IMG/VR virus record: IMGVR_UViG_3300042564_003366 | Coordinates: 1-64,000 of that record | Length of the DNA: 64,000 nt | From: a virus | Strand: one strand, 5' to 3' | Part shown: in pieces, positions 32,101 to 41,474 of the stretch | Layout: the number at the start of each line of letters is the position of its first letter | How positions within the stretch are numbered: position 1 is the stretch's first letter | Translations under genes and position numbers: made by a program | Notes under the pieces: model-generated | What the model was told of the DNA's origin: nothing | Databases searched by the model: none | The model's input: only the letters and a program-made list of their open reading frames with translations

Positions 32101-32742
32101 GATGGTGCTGGTAGTTATAGTGGTGAGTTAGGTTTGTCAGATAAAAATCAATTCAGTTATTTATTGGATGTGGATAAAGGATTGTCTTCATTATATTATA
32201 GCAATCTAATTGTATCTGCATTAAATAATATTGGCTTTAACCTACAAAACTGCACACAAAGTAAAACGGTGGTAAATAATTTTAAAGGGTTAAATTTAGC
32301 ATTACCAAAAGAGGATATCATAAATAGTGATATTTTTAATGGTATTTGTCAAAAGAATTTAATAGAAATAATTTCAATACCTAATGAAAAGTTTGTTGAT
32401 ATATTAAGAACTAATATAATGAATGCGAAGGAAACTGCATTAGGTACCTGTGATGATAACAAAGTATTAACAACTTGGTTCTTAGAGTTTAAACTAGGGG
32501 CTAATACATTAATCAGAAGTAGTTTTTATAGTGGTCTTGGTAATACCGATGCTCCAACTGAAGCCATCTGGAATAGCGCATTAACCAATATCTTACCAGA
32601 ATTAATTAGTAATAATATTAACTACCAAGTTCCGACAAACAATCAAGTAACTTTAACGGATTTATTTTGTAAAACAATAAATACGGATAATAAAAAGATG
32701 ACACTTAATATTAGTGTTGATGTAACATTAATTTGTGAATAA
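29125..32742 (+). CDS. Baseplate/tail protein with P2 gpI / T4 gp7-like domain
   Basis: LSDLSKTLGW...YLFKSKGTRRPIEFLMKLFG..IQFNE matches the tail protein I KGT motif. Confidence 0.65.
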   Translation: MPIIYIKKSPGSGIGVFDNLVGYQLVQGGGLTYGNFQFTPSITEKTSPSFYTNLFDKPINLLDLGISDISNVRESITNELNVVPNYDISQVFNFSLYGSLSKRFSVSITKIINYFPASIDVNLYDDNLVTGYTATNISYELDSTTFDIDVLKIKNPFGVDFTKNAAINISSNEISVSKFRDLTTYYKDYVLDIQGEQYPITILNPTDSLTSGVLNITVSGNPFNILVYQVEQSTTPFIIRPSDFLYNLVLKSDFDEVEQYMLNTLTNPVYTMNLQVPEEKEDGSFVIVNYSLNWPLDGSWNLDISSESFDTYLNKLQEISEYFDGVKTNLISRFFVADSLKEFDTNDRRVESVLQIYGRSFDEVKKFIDSLGYMNSINYVPKNDIPSQLLSDLSKTLGWGDNFDFLYDKSLIDSIFGTSESGIYSAYSRTQTPLELNYAFYRNLVINSFYLFKSKGTRRPIEFLMKLFGVPDAMIQFNEHIYLADGPVDLNKFNNAIEKLDGGFYIDSDPIFTNQTYTIEGILFTGFTSNNDSVVVNYNINDYPVYTATGYPKKVSNPDFYFQKGAGWYELTPPHRSLEIPKRVVSGDTTTYSSEFEGFTYGQKYLDLFRRFPYMDDGFGLTKTIDNKKSWNVLDVLTRKSLDGDYNAYYFLNTERLLLNVKNIDLYINPSQAIVYDIWLKSVENNYPIPQEGLNLSNTGSPNDPSGDSKDSTKIIPSPKTKTFFEFLQTFSSNMINVRNRLYITDNKTGGYPVLQYIFWKYLEAQQISGATNKYTYNNLIEYVNNINPYWVKIVEQMIPATTIWNTGGRYENTPFHRQKYVYKRRLGCVVGEIPNKKVLNQYTEINIWYTSGVEMTETYNALIEMRDTVLRDCFLTYYNNDISLYEQNVKIREFSGKVSKNRTFYALNTSGSTQSVKSVINLVFQDEAQNAYTGVDFNINNTPTDRYVLDIADLRNGISGFTKSYYTGIIFRINTNNTTSSDFRKLLVAIKDGAGSYSGELGLSDKNQFSYLLDVDKGLSSLYYSNLIVSALNNIGFNLQNCTQSKTVVNNFKGLNLALPKEDIINSDIFNGICQKNLIEIISIPNEKFVDILRTNIMNAKETALGTCDDNKVLTTWFLEFKLGANTLIRSSFYSGLGNTDAPTEAIWNSALTNILPELISNNINYQVPTNNQVTLTDLFCKTINTDNKKMTLNISVDVTLICE

Positions 32743-34880
32743 TGGCAGCATTTACTTATAATTTAATTTTAACAGGGGATTGTAGTAATACTAATATTGG
32801 GGCATTTTCTATGACTTTATCTGGGGGAACGCCACCATACTCTGTTCAATTTTCAGCACCATTAGAATCATATGATGTTTCATTAACAACCTCACCTATA
32901 ATTGTAAATAGTCTAAGCGCTAGCACATATTCTGCAAGAATAAATGATTCTTCATTGCCTATTAATACCGAATATTATATTAATATTCCGATATCAAGTG
33001 GGTTCTGTGGGAATATTGTAAATGTTACAAATACAACTTGTGACGCATCTAACGGATCTGTTACTGCTACCACAACATCTTATAACACATCTGTTTATAC
33101 TTATTTATATAGACAAGACAATGTATTGATATCGAGCAAAGGTGCTACAAATAATAATATTATTTACGATAATTTAAGTGGTGGTACATACTATATTTAT
33201 ATTGAAGATATTGGGGGTTGTACTGCAAAAACTGAATCATTTATAATTAAAGAATCTATTGATTTTGATTTTGGTTACTTTGCCGTTAAGAGTTCACCTT
33301 GTTTTTCTGGTGAAACGGGTAAGATATATATAACAGGAGAAACGGGAACGCCACCATATAGTTACTATTGGAGTGTTCCACAAACCGGGAATACGGTAAG
33401 CGGTCTAACCTCTGGTTTATATTCCGTTGAGGTTGTTGATGGTAATAATTGCTCAAAATCAAAAACTATCGAAATTCTTGATGCTAGTGAAATGGGTATT
33501 GTTTCAGTAGTTAATACCCCACCGAGTTGTTTTAATGCGAATGGGGGTATTAGTGTTACCATATCTGGTGGTACTGCGCCATTTTATTATTTATTAGATA
33601 GTGGTTTTGCTGATATTTCATACGAAAATACATTTGTCGCAACTGGATTAACATCTGGGGGGTACACATTAAAAATTACTGATGCTGCCTTATGTGAGGT
33701 AGAAAGTTTAATAACGTTGACATCTGTCAATGGTATGTCATCGGTTGATATTATAGGTATTAATTCATCTTGTTCTAATTCTGGGGGCAGCATTACGATA
33801 AATACTAATGGTGGCGTTGGCCCATTTACATTTGGGTTAATAACACCAAGTGGCAACACAATTACAAATACATCTTCATCTAGTAGTTTCACATTTTCAA
33901 GTTTAAGTGGAGGGACATATACTGCTTATGTTTCTGATTCAACAAGTTGCAATTATAGTGAAGAAATAACTATTATAACAGAAGATAAGTTTACTTTAAG
34001 TTATACGACTACCAATACAACTTGTGGGGATTCAAATGGATCAGTATCAATGCTTATAACGTCAGGCGGTACACCACCATATAATTTTTATTTAGGAAAC
34101 AATTTTGCAGTAATAGGTACCATTTTAACCGCACATACATTTAATAATGTTTCAGTAGGTCAATACTCATTAAGAGTGGTGGATAGTTTGGGTTGTGAAC
34201 AAGTAAAACAAGTTTCTATTAGCCAGAGTAGTGGTATAGAATTTAATTTATATCCAATATCTTGTGAAAGTGGTAATGATGGGTCTATTAACGCTTTTAT
34301 ATCAAAAGGTAAACCTCCATTTACATTTAACTGGAGTAATAATATCCCTAACAACCCACAATCCATTAGTGTTTATAATTTAAGTGGGGGAACATATAGT
34401 TTAAACCTAGTTGATTCAGATGGTTGTAGTTTAACAAAACAAACAAATGTTTCATGTTTTAAAGCATATACTAGCACTCAGACTTATACAATTGATACTG
34501 AACAATTTGTTGTACAACCTATGAGTAGTAATTCATTACTTGATATTTTAAATGATGGATTTAATGACTTAACTTTGGGGAATACATCTTGCTACTTAAA
34601 TACTGCCATATATGAATTAATAATTGATTTGAATCCTATGATGTATAGTGCTAGTACGATATTCTTTACTGGTGATACAAGGACAAAAGTCCCCTCAGAT
34701 TCTGAATATGCTGATGTATTAAAATCAATTATTAAAGATGTGCCAGGTGTTGAAAGTGTTGAATATGACTTGTTCACAAATAAAGTTAAAATTATAGCTG
34801 AACCTAATAATCAACAAATATTATCGCAGGTTTTAACAATAAGATTAAAAATAACATATGATATTATTTGCACATCATGA
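32742..34880 (+). CDS. SprB-repeat protein (putative fibre/adhesin)
   Basis: Repeated C..-G.I....SGGT.PY.Y.W...GL.(S/A)G.Y...V.D..GC units, about 7-8 copies, typical of SprB repeats. Confidence 0.75.
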   Translation: MAAFTYNLILTGDCSNTNIGAFSMTLSGGTPPYSVQFSAPLESYDVSLTTSPIIVNSLSASTYSARINDSSLPINTEYYINIPISSGFCGNIVNVTNTTCDASNGSVTATTTSYNTSVYTYLYRQDNVLISSKGATNNNIIYDNLSGGTYYIYIEDIGGCTAKTESFIIKESIDFDFGYFAVKSSPCFSGETGKIYITGETGTPPYSYYWSVPQTGNTVSGLTSGLYSVEVVDGNNCSKSKTIEILDASEMGIVSVVNTPPSCFNANGGISVTISGGTAPFYYLLDSGFADISYENTFVATGLTSGGYTLKITDAALCEVESLITLTSVNGMSSVDIIGINSSCSNSGGSITINTNGGVGPFTFGLITPSGNTITNTSSSSSFTFSSLSGGTYTAYVSDSTSCNYSEEITIITEDKFTLSYTTTNTTCGDSNGSVSMLITSGGTPPYNFYLGNNFAVIGTILTAHTFNNVSVGQYSLRVVDSLGCEQVKQVSISQSSGIEFNLYPISCESGNDGSINAFISKGKPPFTFNWSNNIPNNPQSISVYNLSGGTYSLNLVDSDGCSLTKQTNVSCFKAYTSTQTYTIDTEQFVVQPMSSNSLLDILNDGFNDLTLGNTSCYLNTAIYELIIDLNPMMYSASTIFFTGDTRTKVPSDSEYADVLKSIIKDVPGVESVEYDLFTNKVKIIAEPNNQQILSQVLTIRLKITYDIICTS

Positions 34881-35140
34881 CAAAAATTGTTTTATCAAAT
34901 TTGGTTGGGTCATACCCTTTGAAGATTTACATATCTGACGTATATGGGGGTAATGAAACGTATCTGGGTCAAGTAAATTCATACTTCAGTGGAACAACTG
35001 AATATAATCTTCCTTTGGTTTTTGCAACTGCGCCACAAGTAACCATAAAAATAATAGATTCATTAAATGAGGCTATTGAGAGGAAATTAAATTGCCAATT
35101 TAATTGTGATTTGATTGTTGACATATCAATTGTAGCATGA
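34877..35140 (+). CDS. Small beta-rich protein, paralogue family member 1
   Basis: ATG 34877 overlaps the previous TGA (ATGA). Similar to 35137..35355 and 52965..53273. Confidence 0.65.
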   Translation: MTKIVLSNLVGSYPLKIYISDVYGGNETYLGQVNSYFSGTTEYNLPLVFATAPQVTIKIIDSLNEAIERKLNCQFNCDLIVDISIVA

Positions 35141-35355
35141 ATGTAATAACAATAACTGACTTGGTTGGGGCGATGCCTTTATATATTTACATTTCAGATG
35201 GGAATGGTAATAATAAAACATATATTACAACAATTTATCAATTTTGTTATTCACTTGATGTAGAAGTACCAAGTTTTTTTAATGGTCAAACAACTTTAAT
35301 TATAACAATACAAGATATATATGGTAATGAAACTTTCAAGATAATAAGTTGTTGA
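35137..35355 (+). CDS. Small beta-rich protein, paralogue family member 2
   Basis: ITDLVGAMPLYIYISD aligns with LSNLVGSYPLKIYISD of the upstream gene; ATGA coupling. Confidence 0.65.
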   Translation: MNVITITDLVGAMPLYIYISDGNGNNKTYITTIYQFCYSLDVEVPSFFNGQTTLIITIQDIYGNETFKIISC

Positions 35356-35359
35356 GTTT

Positions 35360-36463
35360 ATGGCAGTATATAAGTTTATAATATATAATCAAAATCCGAT
35401 ATGTGGTTCAAAATATGAGCAAAATATCAATACAAGTGGTTGTACTACTTTTCTATTAAAATTAAATAACTTATCAACATCAGAGGGACCATTCAATATT
35501 TATATTGATACAATCAATTCAACACCAATATATACAAATATTACCAGAAACCAATTATCCGCTGGCGTTCAATATAGCTTGGAGTGTCCAACGCCATCAG
35601 CAACAATACCATCTACACCATGTATTACAAGAACGCCAACGATAACTCCGACTGTAACAGTTACATCAGGTTTAATACCTACACCACCACCAACACCATC
35701 AATAACAAGAAGTGTTACACCAACAATAACAATAACTCCAAGTATAACAAGAACAATAACTCCAACACCGTCAATAACTCCAAGTATAACAAGAACAATA
35801 ACACCAACACCATCAATAACTCCAACGATAACTCCAACAAATACACCTTCAATTACGCCATCGAACTTGCCATTTTATGCTTATGTATTTGCAGAGCCAC
35901 AAACATATAATAATGGGGTTGAATTAGAAAATTACATGTTAAGTAGTGGTGCAACTTGGGGTGGATACCAATTCTATGGCGTACCAAGTACGATAGACTA
36001 TTCTAACAATTTAAATACATACGCACATTATTCTGGATGGACAAGTAATTCTAATAATTACATAACAAGCCCAACCAATATGTCATCAATAATAAAACAA
36101 TCAAGTGGTACGTCAGTTGATTCATTTGGTTGTACTCAGACCCAATATTCATTTGGTACCATACAGATAACAGAGTCTGATGTTAATCCAAACATTCAAT
36201 ATTTTTATACTATATGGATACCAATCGCTGGTGTTGGAAATAATTTAAATAGTATGATAATTGATGCTGGAACAAGTTTGTGTGGAAATGAATATTTAAA
36301 TAACGGTATTCCAGATGATATAATTTTGCAAAATGTAACCATAACAAGTGGCGCAGTTATACCACCAGGTAATTATAGGGTACTTTGGCTACCTATTTTA
36401 TATTTACCAATAACAATTCCATTATACAATAATATTTATATAAAAGGTGAAATAAAATACTAA
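35360..36463 (+). CDS. Putative virion protein with mucin-like Thr/Pro linker
   Basis: Central TPTITP/TPSITRT repeats (35588-35863) between two globular regions. Confidence 0.7.
   Translation: MAVYKFIIYNQNPICGSKYEQNINTSGCTTFLLKLNNLSTSEGPFNIYIDTINSTPIYTNITRNQLSAGVQYSLECPTPSATIPSTPCITRTPTITPTVTVTSGLIPTPPPTPSITRSVTPTITITPSITRTITPTPSITPSITRTITPTPSITPTITPTNTPSITPSNLPFYAYVFAEPQTYNNGVELENYMLSSGATWGGYQFYGVPSTIDYSNNLNTYAHYSGWTSNSNNYITSPTNMSSIIKQSSGTSVDSFGCTQTQYSFGTIQITESDVNPNIQYFYTIWIPIAGVGNNLNSMIIDAGTSLCGNEYLNNGIPDDIILQNVTITSGAVIPPGNYRVLWLPILYLPITIPLYNNIYIKGEIKY
35588..35863 (+). repeat. Coding T/P/S/I low-complexity repeat (mucin-like)
   Basis: Degenerate ACA/CCA/ATA-rich repeats encoding TPTITPSITRT. 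Confidence 0.85.
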
Positions 36464-36468
36464 ATAAT

Positions 36469-37056
36469 ATGGCAATAGGTTTTAAGCAATTTGTTCCAAA
36501 TTTAACAAATTACTACACATTCGCAACAGGATTTTCTGATATTGAATTAGAAGCAATTGAAAAATTAGCAGATAAAATACAATCTGAAAATGCATCTGTT
36601 TTAGGGTCTCCTAATAATGTTAATGATTATAGAAGGAGTACAATTAAATGGCTACCCAATGATGGGGAATATGCTTGGATATATGAGAAATTATTCAATT
36701 ACGCAGAAGAAGCAAATAATGTTATGTGGAAATTCAACATTGGAGACAATTTGGAGAAAATTCAATATACCATATATGATAGTTCAGATGCTGGAATGTA
36801 TGATTGGCATATTGATTGTGGTGATTCGTCACCATCTTGTTTTAGAAAAATATCTATAACAGTGCAACTTACAGGTCCTAATGATTATTCTGGGGGGGAT
36901 TTGATTTTGAAATATGGTAAAAATGATACATTCGTACCAAAAGATAAGGGTCGAGTGGTTATTTTTCCCTCATTTGCATTACATCGTGTTACTCCTGTTG
37001 AATCTGGTACTAGAAAATCTTTGGTTCTTTGGTTAGGTGGCTCATCATATAAATAA
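36469..37056 (+). CDS. 2OG-Fe(II) oxygenase, prolyl-hydroxylase/PKHD-like
   Basis: YDWHID (HxD), RKISITVQL, GGDL and FPSFALHRVTPVESGTRKSLVLW (distal His, 2OG-binding Arg). Confidence 0.9.
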   Translation: MAIGFKQFVPNLTNYYTFATGFSDIELEAIEKLADKIQSENASVLGSPNNVNDYRRSTIKWLPNDGEYAWIYEKLFNYAEEANNVMWKFNIGDNLEKIQYTIYDSSDAGMYDWHIDCGDSSPSCFRKISITVQLTGPNDYSGGDLILKYGKNDTFVPKDKGRVVIFPSFALHRVTPVESGTRKSLVLWLGGSSYK

Positions 37057-37092
37057 TTATATGGTTATATAAACAAATTTAAATAAAAAAAC

Positions 37093-37100
37093 TATTTATA
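37093..37100 (+). promoter_or_regulatory. Putative late promoter TATTTATA
   Basis: 15 nt upstream of ATG 37116. Confidence 0.55.
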
Positions 37101-37115
37101 TAATAAAATAATAAT

Positions 37116-40100
37116 ATGCCAACTAGAGTTAATTTTGGATCGCAAATTAAATTAAGTCCAATTGAGGTAGCTTGTAAATTTGCAACAACAACAAATGTAT
37201 CTTTTTCAGGTATATCAACCATAGATGGATTTAGTTTAACAACAAATGACAGGGTATTAGTTTGGCAACAAATATTACCAGAAGAAAATGGTATATATAT
37301 TGTATCTGGTGATACAAATTTGGTTAGAGCAAATGGAGCAAAAGTAGCAACTGATTTTAAAATAGGCCAACAAGTTTTTGTATATTCAGGATCCACAAAT
37401 GGCGAAAAACTATTCTATTTAAAGACAAATGTAACAACCATTGGTGTTAGCCCAATTGTATATGATGTTTTTGCTGGACTTAGTGGTTCATCTGGAACAA
37501 GTGGTAGTTCGGGTACGAGTGGTGGAACTGGTAGTTCAGGTGCAAGTGGTTCATCAGGAACAAGTGGAACGGATGGTACGAGTGGAAGTTCGGGAACAAG
37601 TGGAACTGATGGCACAAGCGGTTCATCAGGAACAAGTGGAACGGATGGTACGAGTGGAAGTTCAGGAACAAGCGGAACGGATGGCACAAGTGGTAGTTCA
37701 GGAACAAGCGGAACAGATGGTACGAGTGGTTCATCTGGCACAAGCGGAACGGATGGTACAAGTGGTAGTTCAGGAACAAGTGGGAGTAGTGGTACATCTG
37801 GTAGTTCAGGAACAAGTGGAACAGATGGTACAAGTGGTTCATCAGGAACAAGTGGTAGTAGTGGAGTAACTGGTACAAGCGGAAGCAATGGAACATCAGC
37901 ATTTATTGTGTCATCAGCATCAACACCATCACCAGTTAATTTGGATTCATCTTGTTATTGGTATGATACAACCAATAAATTGCCAATGGTTTCATATTAT
38001 GGATTTGGTAATATAAATTCTTGGTCAGCAGGAGGAGCAATGATAACAGCAAGACTATTATTAGAAGGAGCAGGAACTCAAAATGCAGGACTTGCTGTGG
38101 GAGGTTATACAAATGCAATGCCTGGAGTATCCTGCACCGAAGAATACGATGGCACATCTTGGTCAGCAGGAGGAGCATTGATAACAGCAAGATATACATT
38201 AGCAGTAGCAGGAACACAAAATGTAGGTCTTGCATCAGGAGGTTTTACAAATGTGAATGTCTCGTGTACCGAAGAATATAACGGCACATCTTGGTCAGCG
38301 GGAGGTGCGTTTATAACAGCAAGAAGTAGTTTAGCAGGAGCAGGGACACAGAATGAAGGACTTTTAGTAGGAGGTGTTTTAGTCTCAAACCCAGGAGTTT
38401 CCTGTACCGAAGAATACAATGGCACATCTTGGTCAGCAGGAGGAGCAGTAATAACAGCAAGATACGGTTTAGCAGGTTCAGGAACACAAAATGAAGCATT
38501 TGTAGCAGGAGGTTTTACAAATGCAGCAGTATCTTGTACCGAAGAATACAACGGCACATCTTGGTTAGCGGGTGGTGCAATGATAACGGCAAGAAGACAA
38601 TTAGCAGGTGCGGGAACACAGAATGAAGGGATTATGATAGGAGGAGGTACGATAGGTACATTTTTTTCTTGCACTGAAGAATATAATGGTACATCATGGT
38701 CAGCAGGTGGTGCATTGATAGTAGCGAGGAGAGGATTGGCAGGGGCAGGAACACAAAGTGCAGGACTTGCAGCGGGAGGTACGTCAAATACAAATCTAAC
38801 TTGTACCGAAGAATATTCTAATTTTGGTTTAATTAATAGTACAGGTGCAGGAACATCTGGAACAAGTGGAGTTAGCGGTAGTTCTGGTGTTAGCGGTTCA
38901 TCAGGAACAAGTGGTGCGGCAGGTTCGATGGGACCCCCAGGACCAAATGGTGCGCCTGGTGCAAGTGGTTCGTCAGGAACAAGTGGTAGTAGTGGAAGTA
39001 GGGGTACAAGCGGAGTAAGTGGTTCGTCAGGAACAAGTGGTGCGGCAGGTTCAATGGGACCCCCAGGACCAAATGGACCCCCAGGGCCTCCAGGACCTGC
39101 TGGAGCAAGTGCTGGAATTACATCATACACAAATCCAGCAGATAATAGAGTAATAACATCAGTTAATTCAACAACTATAAATGCAGAATCAAATTTAACT
39201 TTTGATGGTACAACATTAATTGTTACTGGAAATCAACAAGTTACTGGTGGTAGTTATGATTCGGGTATTACAAGAATAAATAATCCAGGTGGAGCATTTT
39301 ATACAACTACAACTGCAACAATCACTGGTGCATTTAGGATAGCTTTACCCACCGCTTCTGGTGGTCAGTTTCCAATGTTACAATTTACAATAAATATTTA
39401 TCGTTATTCTACAGGTTTAAGTACAAGAATTAGAGTGGGGGGACATATTTCAAGTAGTCTGTGGTATAATGTTTTTGCATATGCTATTACTGATTCTGCT
39501 CCTAATTATAATGTAAGATTTGGAAATAATGGTGGATCAGATATGTATGTTTGGGTTGGCGAAACAAGTACAGTATGGGAATACCCACAAATTTTTATAA
39601 CAGATTTCCAAAATGGATATTCTGCTATATCTTCTTTTTGGGCAACTGGATGGGCAATAACTCCTCAAACAAGTTTCAATACCGTTCAAATAACTAGAGC
39701 ATCTGCACTATCGTTAAATACAAATAATTATACTTCTTATTCTCCTACTTTAACAGGTACAGGTGCATCTGGTACTTGGGGTATTAGTATAACGGGTAAT
39801 GCAGATACTGTAGATGGATTTAGCGCATCTCAATCGACGATAGCAAACGGAATCGTAGTAAGAGATGCAAATGGATACATCTTTGGTAATTATATAAATT
39901 TAACAGATGATGGTAATCCTGGTGGAGGAACTTCCATCTCATCGTTTATAACAAAACAGGGTGATAACTACTATCGTTCAGTATCTCCGACTAATGCTAT
40001 GGTTTCAATTAGAGGTGTTGCATCTGGTACTTCTTGGGCTATAGGTGTGACAGGTAACGCTGGTTCTGTCACTTACTTACTTAATAGAACTGATTCAGCA

Positions 40101-40511
40101 TTTTATCAAGTTTTATGGGGTGCTGGTTATACTAATACTATTGGAACTATCGCATATTCTTGTGCTGGTGTTACTATCCAATCTAGTACTGGTACTTTAA
40201 GTGCAACAGTATTAACAGAAACATCAACAATAAGAATAAAAGAAAATATTGAAGAAATTCAGAATCCTTTAGATATAGTTAAAAAACTAAGAGGTATTAA
40301 GTATAATAAAATAGGAAATGATAACAAAGAAATTGGTGTTATTGCTGAAGAAGTCAACGATATTTTAAGTGAAGTTGTTGTTAAAGACAACGAAGGACAA
40401 CCATCTTCTGTTTCTTATGGTAGATTAACTGCATTATTAATTGAGGCTATTAAGGAACAAGATAAACAAATTGAAATTTTAAGAAAAAGGATTGATGATT
40501 TAGAAAAATAA
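37116..40511 (+). CDS. Tail fibre: anchor domain, Gly-X-Y collagen-like stalks, Kelch-like propeller, C-terminal S74 intramolecular chaperone
   Basis: N-terminal IDG..L..NDRVLV..Q....ENGIY fibre motif; 47 and 29 uninterrupted Gly-X-Y triplets; six CTEEY(N/D)G repeats; C-terminal STIRIKENI...GVIAEEV...VSYGRLTALLIEAIKEQ...LE. Confidence 0.85.
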   Translation: MPTRVNFGSQIKLSPIEVACKFATTTNVSFSGISTIDGFSLTTNDRVLVWQQILPEENGIYIVSGDTNLVRANGAKVATDFKIGQQVFVYSGSTNGEKLFYLKTNVTTIGVSPIVYDVFAGLSGSSGTSGSSGTSGGTGSSGASGSSGTSGTDGTSGSSGTSGTDGTSGSSGTSGTDGTSGSSGTSGTDGTSGSSGTSGTDGTSGSSGTSGTDGTSGSSGTSGSSGTSGSSGTSGTDGTSGSSGTSGSSGVTGTSGSNGTSAFIVSSASTPSPVNLDSSCYWYDTTNKLPMVSYYGFGNINSWSAGGAMITARLLLEGAGTQNAGLAVGGYTNAMPGVSCTEEYDGTSWSAGGALITARYTLAVAGTQNVGLASGGFTNVNVSCTEEYNGTSWSAGGAFITARSSLAGAGTQNEGLLVGGVLVSNPGVSCTEEYNGTSWSAGGAVITARYGLAGSGTQNEAFVAGGFTNAAVSCTEEYNGTSWLAGGAMITARRQLAGAGTQNEGIMIGGGTIGTFFSCTEEYNGTSWSAGGALIVARRGLAGAGTQSAGLAAGGTSNTNLTCTEEYSNFGLINSTGAGTSGTSGVSGSSGVSGSSGTSGAAGSMGPPGPNGAPGASGSSGTSGSSGSRGTSGVSGSSGTSGAAGSMGPPGPNGPPGPPGPAGASAGITSYTNPADNRVITSVNSTTINAESNLTFDGTTLIVTGNQQVTGGSYDSGITRINNPGGAFYTTTTATITGAFRIALPTASGGQFPMLQFTINIYRYSTGLSTRIRVGGHISSSLWYNVFAYAITDSAPNYNVRFGNNGGSDMYVWVGETSTVWEYPQIFITDFQNGYSAISSFWATGWAITPQTSFNTVQITRASALSLNTNNYTSYSPTLTGTGASGTWGISITGNADTVDGFSASQSTIANGIVVRDANGYIFGNYINLTDDGNPGGGTSISSFITKQGDNYYRSVSPTNAMVSIRGVASGTSWAIGVTGNAGSVTYLLNRTDSAFYQVLWGAGYTNTIGTIAYSCAGVTIQSSTGTLSATVLTETSTIRIKENIEEIQNPLDIVKKLRGIKYNKIGNDNKEIGVIAEEVNDILSEVVVKDNEGQPSSVSYGRLTALLIEAIKEQDKQIEILRKRIDDLEK
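37476..37898 (+). repeat. Gly-X-Y repeat, 47 triplets (mainly GTS/GSS/GTD, 36-nt higher-order unit)
   Basis: Counted directly from the translation, GLS through GTS. Confidence 0.9.
38850..39110 (+). repeat. Gly-X-Y repeat, 29 triplets including GPP/GPN
   Basis: GTSGTSGVS...GSMGPPGPN (twice)...GPPGPPGPAGAS. Confidence 0.9.
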
Positions 40512-40537
40512 ACTATTTTTAAATAAAATGAAAGGAA

Positions 40538-40780
40538 ATGAAAAAGTATTATCAAGTTGAAAACTATGGACACGGATTTATAACTCACCAAGAGAATGAA
40601 ACGGCACATATTGCAGGTTTCCCAGGGAATATCTGGGTAACTGAAAACGTATCTTGGGCGCAAAGGGTTAATGCGGTGGAGAAGACAAAGGAAGAGGCTC
40701 AAGCAATTGTTGATGCTGCTGTTGCATCTTCATATACACCACCTAATAGCACAACTCCACCACCAATAATTTTACCTTAA
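40538..40780 (+). CDS. Hypothetical small protein (possible fibre assembly factor)
   Basis: 80 aa, directly after the fibre gene, preceded by a TATTTTTA variant of the late motif. Confidence 0.65.
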   Translation: MKKYYQVENYGHGFITHQENETAHIAGFPGNIWVTENVSWAQRVNAVEKTKEEAQAIVDAAVASSYTPPNSTTPPPIILP

Positions 40781-40788
40781 AAAAAAAT

Positions 40789-41472
40789 ATGAAAAAAGAA
40801 TTACAAATTACAGAAGACTTAAAAGAGATTGTAAGTGTTTTGAATGAGGATGATGCACAAACCATTTTATTATTAAAAGACGAATTGGTTGATAATTGGC
40901 ATAAAAAGCAGATTTTTAGAACAGAAACAGAAATGAGAGTTTCTGTTTTAAATGATGCAAAACATCCTACAAATGCTTCCAAATACTGGCAATCAGTAAG
41001 AGAAATGTCAGCACATTTTGATGCTTTGATGAATTTATCTTTTGATTTGAGGAAAAATACAGTAGACAACTTACGTCTTGATAAAAAGATGCAAGACTTA
41101 CTTGAAAATGAAGATGAGAATAAGTTTGATATTATGGATGCACAAATAGACCTCGATAGAAATTTATATGATAGGTCATGTATGTTGCAAGTTGCAAAGG
41201 ATCGAGTTAGGGAATTGAGTCTATGGAGTACTATAAAGAGAGAATTAGATGATAGTTCTTTTGATGTAGAAAATGTAAATACGCATCAAGCGGAATCATT
41301 ACATAGATACTTTGAAAATAGGGTTAAATCTTTAAACGATTCATCTGCACCAGGCGAGATTATTAATGCTATGGGTCCTTATCTATCATTCAATAGATTG
41401 AAGACTGATGATGGAAAATTGAAAAACTTCTTGGGTGAAGTAACCGAGGATACAAAAAAGAAATTAAATTAA
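40789..41472 (+). CDS. Hypothetical helical/coiled-coil protein
   Basis: 227 aa; FRTETEMRVSVLND.KHPT.ASKYWQSVRE followed by a coiled-coil-like region. Confidence 0.7.
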   Translation: MKKELQITEDLKEIVSVLNEDDAQTILLLKDELVDNWHKKQIFRTETEMRVSVLNDAKHPTNASKYWQSVREMSAHFDALMNLSFDLRKNTVDNLRLDKKMQDLLENEDENKFDIMDAQIDLDRNLYDRSCMLQVAKDRVRELSLWSTIKRELDDSSFDVENVNTHQAESLHRYFENRVKSLNDSSAPGEIINAMGPYLSFNRLKTDDGKLKNFLGEVTEDTKKKLN

Positions 41473-41474
41473 TT

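Noticed and set aside
37415-39130. Alternative-frame and antisense ORFs over the Gly-X-Y and Kelch repeats (e.g. 38105..39130 minus), and similar ones over TPT tracts (51187..51498, 53475..53834, 35584..35910)
   Set aside because: These are shadow ORFs caused by stop-poor repetitive codons; they lack start context and overlap well-supported genes.
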